From the NCBI RefSeq assembly GCF_964355755.1, contig NC_092678.1:10414352-10478351 (forward strand): a DNA stretch of 64,000 nucleotides, in the 5' to 3' direction. Origin of the DNA: Antedon mediterranea (Eukaryota > Animalia > Echinodermata). Shown here piece after piece: positions 12,001 to 25,446 of the stretch. The position numbers and the translations under genes were made by a program. The notes beneath the pieces were generated by a model, which saw only the letters and a list, made by a program, of their open reading frames with translations, was not told the DNA's origin and did no database searches. Within the stretch, counting starts at the first letter, position 1; every line of letters begins with the position of its first letter.

Positions 12001-15000
12001 AATGATCTAAAACGTTTTTAAAACGATATTAAGCAATTTTGTGCTCTTTGATGTTTTTGTGTATCCAAGTTTCATCGAAATGAACAAAATGGTCTAAAAC
12101 GTTTTTAAATACCATATTAAGCTGTTTTGTGCACTTTGATGATTTGTGTGAAAAGTTTTAACGAAATGCTCAAAATAGTCTAAAACGGTTTCTAATGTGA
12201 TTTTAAGCACTTTGATGTTTTTGTGTAACCAAGTTTTATCGAAATGAACAAAATGGTCTAAAACGTCTCCAAATGCGATTTGAAGCTTTTCCAAGCACTT
12301 TGCTGTTTTTATATTAAGTTTTTTCGAAAATCACAAAATGGTCTAAAACGTCTCTAAATGCGATTTGAAGGTATTCTGAGCAATTTGGTGTTTTTGTGTG
12401 AAAAGTTTTAACGAAATGCTCAAAATTGTCTAAAACGGTTTCTAATGTGATTTTAAGCACTTTGATGTTTTTGTAAAACCAAGTTTCATCGAAATGCACA
12501 AAATGGTCTAAAACGTCTCCAAATGCGATTTGAAGCTATTCTGTACACTTTGATGTTTTGTGTGAAAAAAGTTTTGTCGAAATGCTCAAAATGGTCTAAA
12601 ACGTTTTTAAAACGATATTAAGCTATTTTGTGCTCTTTGATGTTTTTGTGTAACCAAGTTTTATCGAAATGAACAAAATGGTCTAAAACGTCTCCAAATG
12701 CGATTTGAAGCTTTTCCAAGCACTTTGCTGTTTTTATGTTAACAGGTTTTTTCGAAAATCACAAAATGGTCTAAAACGTCTCAAAATGCGATTTGAAGGT
12801 ATTCTGAGCACTTTGGTGTTTTTGTGTGAAAAGTTTTAACGAAATGCTCAAAATTGTCTAAAACGGTTTCTAATGTGATTTTAAGCACTTTGATGTTTTT
12901 GTAAAACCAAGTTTCATCGAAATGCACAAAATGGTCTAAAATGTCTCCAAATGCGATTTGAAGCTTTTCCAAGCACTTTGCTGTTTTTATGTTAACAAGC
13001 TTTTTCGAAAATCACAAAATGGTCTAAAACGTCTCCAAATGTGATTTGAAGATATTCTGAGCAGTTTGGTATTTTTATGTTAAAAAGTTTTTTCGAAAAT
13101 CACAAAATGGTCTAAAACGTCTCCAAATGCGATTTGAAGATATTCTGAGCACTTTGGTGTTTTTATGTTAAAAAGTTTTTTCGAAAATCACAAAATGGTC
13201 TAAAACGTCTCCAAATGCGATTTGAAGCTATTCTGTACACTTTGATGTTTTGTGTGAAAAAGTTTTGTCGAAATGCTCAAAATGGTTTAAAACGTTTTTA
13301 AAACGATATTAAGCTATTTTGTGCTCTTTGATGTTTTTGTATAACCAAGTTTCATCGAAATGCACAAAATGGTCTAAAACGTCTCCAAATACGATTTGAA
13401 GCTTTTCCAAGCACTTTGCTGTTTTTATGTTAACAAGTTTTTTCGAAAATCACAAAATTGTCTAAAACGTCTCAAAATGCGATTTGAAGGTATTCTGAGC
13501 ACTTTGGTGTTTTTGTGTGAAAAGTTTTAACGAAAAGCTCAAAATGGTCTAAAACGGTTCTAATGTGATTTTAAGCACTTTGATGTTTTTGTACAACCAA
13601 GTTTCATCGAAATGCTCAAAATGGTCTAAAACGTTTTTAAAACGATATTAAGCTATTTTGTGCTCTTTGATGTTTTTGTGTAACCAAGTTTTTTTCGAAA
13701 ATCACAAAATGGTCTAAAACGTCTCCAAATGCGATTTGAAGCTTTTCTAAGCACTTTGGTGTTTTTATGTTAACAAGTTTTTTCGAAAATCGCAAAATGG
13801 TCTAAAACGTCTGAAAATGCGATTTGAAGGTATTCTGAGCACTTTGGTGTTTTTGTGTGAAAAGTTTTAACGAAATGCTCAAAATGGTCTAAAACGGTTT
13901 CTAATGTGATTTTAACCACTTTGATGTTTTTGTGTAACCAAGTTCTTTTCGAAAATCACAAAATGGTCTAAAACGTCTCCAAATGCGATTTGAAGCTTTT
14001 CTAAGCACTTTGGTGTTTTTATGTTAACAAGTTTTTTCGAAAATCACAAAATGGTCTAAAACGTCTCAAAATGCGATTTGAAGGTATTCTGAGCACTTTG
14101 GTGTTTTTGTGTGAAAAGTTTTAACGAAATGCTCAAAATGGTCTAAAACGGTTTCTAATGTGATTTTAACCACTTTGATGTTTTTGTGTAACCAAGTTTT
14201 TTCGAAAATCACAAAATGGTCTAAAACGTCTCCAAATGCGATTTGAAGCTTTTCTAAGCACTTTGGTGTTTTTATGTTAACAAGTTTTTTCGAAAATCAC
14301 AAAATGGTCTAAAACGTCTCCAAATGCGATTTGAAGCTATTCTGTACACTTTGATGTTTTGTGTGAAAAAAGTTTTGTCGAAATGCTCAAAATGGTCTAA
14401 AACGTTTTTAAAACGATATTAAGCTATTTTGTGCTCTTTGATGTTTTTGTGTAACCAAGTTTTATCGAAATGAACAAAATGTTCTAAAACGTCTCCAAAT
14501 GCGATTTGAAGCTTTTCCAAGCACTTTGCTGTTTTTATGTTAAGTTTTTTCGAAAATCACAAAATGGTCTAAAACGTCTCTAAATGCGATTTGAAGGTAT
14601 TCTGAGCACTTTGGTGTTTTTGTGTGAAAAGTTTTAACGAAATGCTCAAAATTGTCTAAAACGGTTTCTAATGTGATTTTAAGCACTTTGATGTTTTTGT
14701 AAAACCAAGTTTCATCGAAATGCACAAAATGGTCTAAAACGTCTCCAAATGCGATTTGAAGCTTTTCCAAGCACTTTGCTGTTTTTATGTTAACAAGCTT
14801 TTTCGAAAATCACAAAATGGTCTAAAACGTCTCCAAATGCGATTTGAAGATATTCTGAGCACTTTGGTGTTTTTATGTTAAAAAGTTTTTTCGAAAATCA
14901 CAAAATGGTCTAAAACGTCTCCAAATGCGATTTGAAGCTCTTCTGTACACTTTGATGTTTTGTGTGAAAAAGTTTTGTCAAAATGCTCAAAATGGTCTAA

Positions 15001-18000
15001 AACGTTTTTAAAACGATATTAAGCTATTTTGTGCTCTTTGATGTTTTTGTATAACCAAGTTTTTTCGAAAATCACAAAATTGTCTAAAACGTCTCCAAAT
15101 GCGATTTGAAGATATTCTGAGCACTTTGGTGTTTTTATGTTAAAAAGTTTTTTCGAAAATCACAAAATGGTCTAAAACGTCTCCAAATGCGATTTGAAGA
15201 TATTCTGAGCACTTTGGTGTTTTTATGTTAAAAAGTTTTGTCGAAAATCACAAAATGGTCTAAAACGTCTCCAAATGCGATTTGAAGCTATTCTGTACAC
15301 TTTGATGTTTTGTGTGAAAAAGTTTTGTCGAAATGCTCAAAATGGTTTAAAACGTTTTTAAAACGATATTAAGCTATTTTGTGCTCTTTGATGTTTTTGT
15401 GTAACCAAGTTTTTTTCGAAAATCACAAAATGGTCTAAAACGTCTCCAAATGCGATTTGAAGCTTTTCTAAGCACTTTGGTGTTTTTATGTTAACAAGTT
15501 TTTTCGAAAATCGCAAAATGGTCTAAAACGTCTCAAAATGCGATTTGAAGGTATTCTGAGCACTTTGGTGTTTTTGTGTGAAAAGTTTTAACGAAATGCT
15601 CAAAATGGTCTAAAACGGTTTCTAATGTGATTTTAACCACTTTGATGTTTTTGTGTAACCAAGTTCTTTTCGAAAATCACAAAATGGTCTAAAACGTCTA
15701 CAAATGCGATTTGAAGCTTTTCTAAGCACTTTGGTGTTTTTATGTTAACAAGTTTTTTCGAAAATCACAAAATGGTCTAAAACGTCTCAAAATGCGATTT
15801 GAAGGTATTCTGAGCACTTTGGTGTTTTTGTGTGAAAAGTTTTAACGAAATGCTCAAAATGGTCTAAAACGGTTTCTAATGTGATTTTAACCACTTTGAT
15901 GTTTTTGTGTAACCAAGTTTTATCGAAATGAACAAAATGTTCTAAAACGTCTCCAAATGCGATTTGAAGCTTTTCCAAGCACTTTGCTGTTTTTATGTTA
16001 AGTTTTTTCGAAAATCACAAAATGGTCTAAAACGTCTCTAAATGCGATTTGAAGGTATTCTGAGCACTTTGGTGTTTTTGTGTGAAAAGTTTTAACGAAA
16101 TGCTCAAAATTGTCTAAAACGGTTTCTAATGTGATTTTAAGCACTTTGATGTTTTTGTAAAACCAAGTTTCATCGAAATGCACAAAATGGTCTAAAACGT
16201 CTCCAAATGCGATTTGAAGCTTTTCCAAGCACTTTGCTGTTTTTATGTTAACAAGCTTTTTCGAAAATCACAAAATGGTCTAAAACGTCTCCAAATGCGA
16301 TTTGAAGATATTCTGAGCACTTTGGTGTTTTTATGTTAAAAAGTTTTTTCGAAAATCACAAAATGGTCTAAAACGTCTCCAAATGCGATTTGAAGCTCTT
16401 CTGTACACTTTGATGTTTTGTGTGAAAAAGTTTTGTCAAAATGCTCAAAATGGTCTAAAACGTTTTTAAAACGATATTAAGCTATTTTGTGCTCTTTGAT
16501 GTTTTTGTATAACCAAGTTTTTTCGAAAATCACAAAATTGTCTAAAACGTCTCCAAATGCGATTTGAAGATATTCTGAGCACTTTGGTGTTTTTATGTTA
16601 AAAAGTTTTTTCGAAAATCACAAAATGGTCTAAAACGTCTCCAAATGCGATTTGAAGATATTCTGAGCACTTTGGTGTTTTTATGTTAAAAAGTTTTTTC
16701 GAAAATCACAAAATGGTCTAAAACGTCTCCAAATGCGATTTGAAGCTATTCTGTACACTTTGATGTTTTGTGTGAAAAAGTTTTGTCGAAATGCTCAAAA
16801 TGGTTTAAAACGTTTTTAAAACGATATTAAGCTATTTTGTGCTCTTTGATGTTTTTGTATAACCAAGTTTCATCGAAATGCACAAAATGGTCTAAAACGT
16901 CTCCAAATACGATTTGAAGCTTTTCCAAGCACTTTGCTGTTTTTATGTTAACAAGTTTTTTCGAAAATCACAAAATTGTCTAAAACGTCTCAAAATGCGA
17001 TTTGAAGGTATTCTGAGCACTTTGGTGTTTTTGTGTGAAAAGTTTTAACGAAAAGCTCAAAATGGTCTAAAACGGTTCTAATGTGATTTTAAGCACTTTG
17101 ATGTTTTTGTACAACCAAGTTTCATCGAAATGCTCAAAATGGTCTAAAACGTTTTTAAAACGATATTAAGCTATTTTGTGCTCTTTGATGTTTTTGTGTA
17201 ACCAAGTTTATTTCGAAAATCACAAAATGGTCTAAAACGTCTCCAAATGCGATTTGAAGCTTTTCTAAGCACTTTGGTGTTTTTATGTTAACAAGTTTTT
17301 TCGAAAATCGCAAAATGGTCTAAAACGTCTCAAAATGCGATTTGAAGGTATTCTGAGCACTTTGGTGTTTTTGTGTGAAAAGTTTTAACGAAATGCTCAA
17401 AATGGTCTAAAACGGTTTCTAATGTGATTTTAACCACTTTGATGTTTTTGTGTAACCAAGTTCTTTTCGAAAATCACAAAATGGTCTAAAACGTCTCCAA
17501 ATGCGATTTGAAGCTTTTCTAAGCACTTTGGTGTTTTTATGTTAACAAGTTTTTTCGAAAATCACAAAATGGTCTAAAACGTCTCAAAATGCGATTTGAA
17601 GGTATTCTGAGCACTTTGGTGTTTTTGTGTGAAAAGTTTTAACGAAATGCTCAAAATGGTCTAAAACGGTTTCTAATGTGATTTTAACCACTTTGATGTT
17701 TTTGTGTAACCAAGTTTTTTCGAAAATCACAAAATGGTCTAAAACGTCTCCAAATGCGATTTGAAGCTTTTCTAAGCACTTTGGTGTTTTTATGTTAACA
17801 AGTTTTTTCGAAAATCACAAAATGGTCTAAAACGTCTCCAAATGCGATTTGAAGCTATTCTGTACACTTTGATGTTTTGTGTGAAAAAAGTTTTGTCGAA
17901 ATGCTCAAAATGGTCTAAAACGTTTTTAAAACGATATTAAGCTATTTTGTGCTCTTTGATGTTTTTGTGTAACCAAGTTTTATCGAAATGAACAAAATGT

Positions 18001-18339
18001 TCTAAAACGTCTCCAAATGCGATTTGAAGCTTTTCCAAGCACTTTGCTGTTTTTATGTTAAGTTTTTTCGAAAATCACAAAATGGTCTAAAACGTCTCTA
18101 AATGCGATTTGAAGGTATTCTGAGCACTTTGGTGTTTTTGTGTGAAAAGTTTTAACGAAATGCTCAAAATTGTCTAAAACGGTTTCTAATGTGATTTTAA
18201 GCACTTTGATGTTTTTGTAAAACCAAGTTTCATCGAAATGCACAAAATGGTCTAAAACGTCTCCAAATGCGATTTGAAGCTTTTCCAAGCACTTTGCTGT
18301 TTTTATGTTAACAAGCTTTTTCGAAAATCACAAAATGGT

Positions 18340-21300
18340 CTAAAACGTCTCCAAATGCGATTTGAAGCTATTCTGTACACTTTGATGTTTTGTGTGAAAA
18401 AGTTTTGTCGAAATGCTCAAAATGGTTTAAAACGTTTTTAAAACGATATTAAGTTATTTTGTGCTCTTTGATGTTTTTGTGTAACCAAGTTTCATCGAAA
18501 TGAACAAAATGGTCTAAAACGTCTCCAAATGCGATTTGAAGCTTTTCCAAGCACTTTGCTGTTTTTATGTTAACAAGTTTTTTCGAAAATCACAAAATGG
18601 TGTAAAACGTCTCAAAATGCGATTTGAAGGTATTCTGAGCACTTTGGTGTTTTTGTGTGAAAAGTTTTAACGAAATGCTCAAAATGGTCTAAAACGGTTC
18701 TAATGTGATTTTAAGCTATTCTAGACACTTTGATGTTTTGTGTGAAAAAGTTTTCTCGAAATGCTCAAAATGGTCTAAAACGTTTTCCAATACCATATTA
18801 AGCTATTTTGTGCAATTTGATGTTTTTGTGTAACCAAGTTTTTTGAAATGCGATTTGAAGATATTCTGAGGACTCTGGTGTTTTTATGTTAAAAAGTTTT
18901 TTCGAAAATCACAAAATGGTCTAAAACGTCTCCAAATGCGATTTGAAGATATTCTGAGCACTTTGGTGTTTTTATGTTAAAAAGTTTTTTCGAAAATCAC
19001 AAAATGGTCTAAAACGTCTCCAAATGCGAGTTGAAGCTATTCTGTACACTTTGATGTTTTGTGTGAAAAAGTTTTGTCGAAATGCTCAAAATGGTCTAAA
19101 ACGTTTTTAAAACGATATTAAGCTATTTTGTGCTCTTTGATGTTTTTGTGTAACCAAGTTTTTTCAAAAATCACAAAATGGTCTAAAACGTCTCCAAATG
19201 CGATTTGAAGCTTTTCTAAGCACTTTGGTGTTTTTATGTTAACAAGTTTTTTCGCAAATCACAAAATGGTCTAAAACGTCTCCAAATGCGATTTGAAGAT
19301 ATTCTGAGCACATTGGTGTTTTTATGTTAAAAAAGTTTTTTCGAAAATCACAAAATGGTCTAAAACGTTTCCAAATGCGATTTGAAGCTCTTCTGTACAC
19401 TTTGATGTTTTGTGTGAAAAAGTTTTTTCGAAATGCTCAAAATGGTCTAAAACGTTTTTAAATACGATATTAAGCTGTTTTGTGCACTTTGATGGTTTGT
19501 GTGAAAAGTTTTAACGAAATGCTCAAAATGGTCAAAAACGGTTTCTAATGTGATTTTAAGCACTTTGATGTTTTTGTGTAACCAAGTTTTTTCGAAAATC
19601 ACAAATTGGTCTAAAACGTCTCCAAATGCGATTTGAAGCTTTTCTAAACACTTTGGTGCTTTTATGTTAACAAGTTTTTTCGAAAATCACAAAATGGTCT
19701 AAAACGTCTCCAAATGCGATTTGAAGCTTTTCTAAACACTTTGGTGTTTTTATGTTAACAAGTTTTTTCGAAAATCACAAAATGGTCTAAAACGTCTTCA
19801 AATGCGATTTGAAGATATTCTGAGCACTTTGGTGTTTTTCTGTTAAAAAGTTTTTTCGAAAATCACAAAATGGTCTAAAACGTCTCCAAATGCGATTTGA
19901 AGCTCTTCTGTACACTTTGATGTTTTGTGTGAAAAAGTTTTCTCGAAATGCTCAAAATGGTCTAAAACGTTTTCCAATACCATATTAAGCTATTTTGTGC
20001 AATTTGATGTTTTTATGTAACCAAGTTTTTTGAAATGCGATTTGAAGATATTCTGAGCACTTTGGTGTTTTTATGTTAAAAAGTTTTTTCGAAAATCACA
20101 AAATGGTCTAAAACGTCTCCAAATGCGATTTGAAGATATTCTGAGCACTTTGGTGTTTTTATGTTAAAAAGTTTTTTCGAAAATCACAAAATGGTCTAAA
20201 ACGTCTCCAAATGCGATTTGAAGCTATTCTGTACACTTTGATGTTTTGTGTGAAAAAGTTTTGTCGAAATGCTCAAAATGGTCTAAAACGTTTTTAAAAC
20301 GATATTAAGCTATTTTGTGCTCTTTGATGTTTTTGTGTAACCAAGTTTTTTCGAAAATCACAAAATGGTTTAAAACGTCTCCAAATGCGATTTGAAGCTT
20401 TTCTAAGCACTTTGCTGTTTTTATGTTAACAAGTTTTTTCGAAAATCACAAAATGGTCTAAAACGTCTCAAAATGCGATTTGAAGGTATTCTGAGCACTT
20501 TGGTGTTTTTGTGTGAAAAGTTTTAACGAAATGCTCAAAATGGTCTAAAACGGTTTCTGATGTGATTTTAAGCACTTTGATGTTTTTGTGTAACCAAGTT
20601 TTTTCGAAAATCACAAAATGGTCTAAAACGTCTCCAAATGCGATTTGAAGCTATTCTGTACACTTTGATGTTTTGTGTGAAAAAAGTTTTGTCGAAATGC
20701 TCAAAATGGTCTAAAACGTTTTTAAAACGATATTGAGCTATTTTGTGCTCTTTGATGTTTTTGTGTAACCAAGTTTTATCGAAATGAACAAAATGGTCTA
20801 AAACGTCTCCAAATGCGATTTGAAGCTTTTCCAAGCACTTTGCTGTTTTTATATTAAGTTTTTTCGAAAATCACAAAATGGTCTAAAACGTCTCTAAATG
20901 CGATTTGAAGGTATTCTGAGCAATTTGGTGTTTTTGTGTGAAAAGTTTTAACGAAATGCTCAAAATTGTCTAAAACGGTTTCTAATGTGATTTTAAGCAC
21001 TTTGATGTTTTTGTAAAACCAAGTTTCATCGAAATGCACAAAATGGTCTAAAACGTCTCCAAATGCGATTTGAAGCTATTCTGTACACTTTGATGTTTTG
21101 TGTGAAAAAAGTTTTGTCGAAATGCTCAAAATGGTCTAAAACGTTTTCCAATACCATATTAAGCTATTTTGTGCAATTTGATGTTTTTATGTAACCAAGT
21201 TTTTTGAAATGCGATTTGAAGATATTCTGAGCACTTTGGTGTTTTTATGTTAAAAAGTTTTTTCGAAAATCACAAAATGGTCTAAAACGTCTCCAAATGC

Positions 21301-24300
21301 GATTTGAAGATATTCTGAGCACTTTGGTGTTTTTATGTTAAAAAGTTTTTTCGAAAATCACAAAATGGTCTAAAACGTCTCCAAATGCGATTTGAAGCTA
21401 TTCTGTACACTTTTATGTTTTGTGTGAAAAAGTTTTGTCGAAATGCTCAAAATGGTCTAAAACGTTTTTAAAACGATATTAAGCTATTTTGTGCTCTTTG
21501 ATGTTTTTGTGTAACCAAGTTTTTTCGAAAATCACAAAATGGTCTAAAACGTCTCCAAATGCGATTTGAAGCTTTTCTAAGCACTTTGGTGTTTTTATGT
21601 TAACAAGTTTTTTCGAAAATCACAAAATGGTCTAAAACGTCTCAAAATGCGATTTGAAGGTATTCTGAGCACTTTGGTGTTTTTGTGTGAAAAGTTTTAA
21701 CGAAATGCTCAAAATGGTCTAAAACGGTTTCTAATGTGATTTTAAGCACTTTGATGTTTTTGTGTAACCAAGTTTTTTCGAAAATCACAAAATGGTCTAA
21801 AACGTCTCCAAATGCGATTTGAAGCTATTCTGTACACTTTGATGTTTTGTGTGAAAAAAGTTTTGTCGAAATGCTCAAAATGGTCTAAAACGTTTTTAAA
21901 ACGATATTGAGCTATTTTGTGCTCTTTGATGTTTTTGTGTAACCAAGTTTTATCGAAATGAACAAAATGGTCTAAAACGTCTCCAAATGCGATTTGAAGC
22001 TTTTCCAAGCACTTTGCTGTTTTTATATTAAGTTTTTTCGAAAATCACAAAATGGTCTAAAACGTCTCTAAATGCGATTTGAAGGTATTCTGAGCAATTT
22101 GGTGTTTTTGTGTGAAAAGTTTTAACGAAATGCTCAAAATTGTCTAAAACGGTTTCTAATGTGATTTTAAGCACTTTGATGTTTTTGTAAAACCAAGTTT
22201 CATCGAAATGCACAAAATGGTCTAAAACGTCTCCAAATGCGATTTGAAGCTATTCTGTACACTTTGATGTTTTGTGTGAAAAAAGTTTTGTCGAAATGCT
22301 CAAAATGGTCTAAAACGTTTTTAAAACGATATTAAGCTATTTTGTGCTCTTTGATGTTTTTGTGTAACCAAGTTTTATCGAAATGAACAAAATGGTCTAA
22401 AACGTCTCCAAATGCGATTTGAAGCTTTTCCAAGCACTTTGCTGTTTTTATGTTAACAGGTTTTTTCGAAAATCACAAAATGGTCTAAAACGTCTCAAAA
22501 TGCGATTTGAAGGTATTCTGAGCACTTTGGTGTTTTTGTGTGAAAAGTTTTAACGAAATGCTCAAAATTGTCTAAAACGGTTTCTAATGTGATTTTAAGC
22601 ACTTTGATGTTTTTGTAAAACCAAGTTTCATCGAAATGCACAAAATGGTCTAAAATGTCTCCAAATGCGATTTGAAGCTTTTCCAAGCACTTTGCTGTTT
22701 TTATGTTAACAAGCTTTTTCGAAAATCACAAAATGGTCTAAAACGTCTCCAAATGTGATTTGAAGATATTCTGAGCACTTTGGTATTTTTATGTTAAAAA
22801 GTTTTTTCGAAAATCACAAAATGGTCTAAAACGTCTCCAAATGCGATTTGAAGATATTCTGAGCACTTTGGTGTTTTTATGTTAAAAAGTTTTTTCGAAA
22901 ATCACAAAATGGTCTAAAACGTCTCCAAATGCGATTTGAAGCTATTCTGTACACTTTGATGTTTTGTGTGAAAAAGTTTTGTCGAAATGCTCAAAATGGT
23001 TTAAAACGTTTTTAAAACGATATTAAGCTATTTTGTGCTCTTTGATGTTTTTGTATAACCAAGTTTCATCGAAATGCACAAAATGGTCTAAAACGTCTCC
23101 AAATACGATTTGAAGCTTTTCCAAGCACTTTGCTGTTTTTATGTTAACAAGTTTTTTCGAAAATCACAAAATTGTCTAAAACGTCTCAAAATGCGATTTG
23201 AAGGTATTCTGAGCACTTTGGTGTTTTTGTGTGAAAAGTTTTAACGAAAAGCTCAAAATGGTCTAAAACGGTTCTAATGTGATTTTAAGCACTTTGATGT
23301 TTTTGTACAACCAAGTTTCATCGAAATGCTCAAAATGGTCTAAAACGTTTTTAAAACGATATTAAGCTATTTTGTGCTCTTTGATGTTTTTGTGTAACCA
23401 AGTTTTTTTCGAAAATCACAAAATGGTCTAAAACGTCTCCAAATGCGATTTGAAGCTTTTCTAAGCACTTTGGTGTTTTTATGTTAACAAGTTTTTTCGA
23501 AAATCGCAAAATGGTCTAAAACGTCTCAAAATGCGATTTGAAGGTATTCTGAGCACTTTGGTGTTTTTGTGTGAAAAGTTTTAACGAAATGCTCAAAATG
23601 GTCTAAAACGGTTTCTAATGTGATTTTAACCACTTTGATGTTTTTGTGTAACCAAGTTCTTTTCGAAAATCACAAAATGGTCTAAAACGTCTCCAAATGC
23701 GATTTGAAGCTTTTCTAAGCACTTTGGTGTTTTTATGTTAACAAGTTTTTTCGAAAATCACAAAATGGTCTAAAACGTCTCAAAATGCGATTTGAAGGTA
23801 TTCTGAGCACTTTGGTGTTTTTGTGTGAAAAGTTTTAACGAAATGCTCAAAATGGTCTAAAACGGTTTCTAATGTGATTTTAACCACTTTGATGTTTTTG
23901 TGTAACCAAGTTTTTTCGAAAATCACAAAATGGTCTAAAACGTCTCCAAATGCGATTTGAAGCTTTTCTAAGCACTTTGGTGTTTTTATGTTAACAAGTT
24001 TTTTCGAAAATCACAAAATGGTCTAAAACGTCTCCAAATGCGATTTGAAGCTATTCTGTACACTTTGATGTTTTGTGTGAAAAAAGTTTTGTCGAAATGC
24101 TCAAAATGGTCTAAAACGTTTTTAAAACGATATTAAGCTATTTTGTGCTCTTTGATGTTTTTGTGTAACCAAGTTTTATCGAAATGAACAAAATGTTCTA
24201 AAACGTCTCCAAATGCGATTTGAAGCTTTTCCAAGCACTTTGCTGTTTTTATGTTAAGTTTTTTCGAAAATCACAAATTGGTCTAAAACGTCTCTAAATG

Positions 24301-25446
24301 CGAGTTGAAGGTATTCTGAGCACTTTGGTGTTTTTGTGTGAAAAGTTTTAACGAAATGCTCAAAATTGTCTAAAACGGTTTCTAATGTGATTTTAAGCAC
24401 TTTGATGTTTTTGTAAAACCAAGTTTCATCGAAATGCACAAAATGGTCTAAAACGTCTCCAAATGCGATTTGAAGCTTTTCCAAGCACTTTGCTGTTTTT
24501 ATGTTAACAAGCTTTTTCGAAAATCACAAAATGGTCTAAAACGTCTCCAAATGCGATTTGAAGATATTCTGAGCACTTTGGTGTTTTTATGTTAAAAAGT
24601 TTTTTCGAAAATCACAAAATGGTCTAAAACGTCTCCAAATGCGATTTGAAGCTCTTCTGTACACTTTGATGTTTTGTGTGAATAAGTTTTGTCAAAATGC
24701 TCAAAATGGTCTAAAACGTTTTTAAAACGATATTAAGCTATTTTGTGCTCTTTGATGTTTTTGTATAACCAAGTTTTTTCGAAAATCACAAAATTGTCTA
24801 AAACGTCTCCAAATGCGATTTGAAGATATTCTGAGCACTTTGGTGTTTTTATGTTAAAAAGTTTTTTCGAAAATCACAAAATGGTCTAAAACGTCTCCAA
24901 ATGCGATTTGAAGATATTCTGAGCACTTTGGTGTTTTGTGTGAAAAGTTTTGTCGAAATGCTCAAAATGGCCTAAAACGTTTTTAAAACGATATTAAGCT
25001 ATTTTGTGCTCTTTGATGTTTTTGTGTAACCAAGTTTCATCGAAATGAACAAAATGGTCTAAAACGTCTCCAAATGCGATTTGAAGCTTTTCTAAGCACT
25101 TTGGTGTTTTTATGTTAACAAGTTTTTTCGAAAATCACAAAATGGTCTAAAACGTCTCCAAATGCGATTTGAAGATATTCTGAGCACTTTGCTGTTTTTA
25201 TGTTAACAAGTTTTTTCGAAAATCACAAAATGGTCTAAAACGTCTCAAAATGCTATTTGAAGGTATTCTGAGCACTTTGGTGTTTTTGTGTGAAAAGTTT
25301 TAACGAAATGCTCAAAATGGTCTAAAACGGTTCTAATGTGATTTTAAGCACTTTGATGTTTTTGTATAACCAAGTTTCATCGAAATGCTCAAAATGGTCT
25401 AAAACGTTTTTAAAACGATATTAAGCTATTTTGTGCTCTTTGATGT
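18340..25446 (+). repeat. Segmental copy of satellite block ~360-6295 (offset 17977, then 19151 after an internal 1174-bp tandem duplication)
   Basis: The rare variant AAGTTATTTT occurs at 474 and 18451. Identical pseudo-ORFs occur at 2591/20568/21742, 3344/22495 and 5103/24254. The match breaks at about 6296/25447. Boundaries are approximate. Confidence 0.85.
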
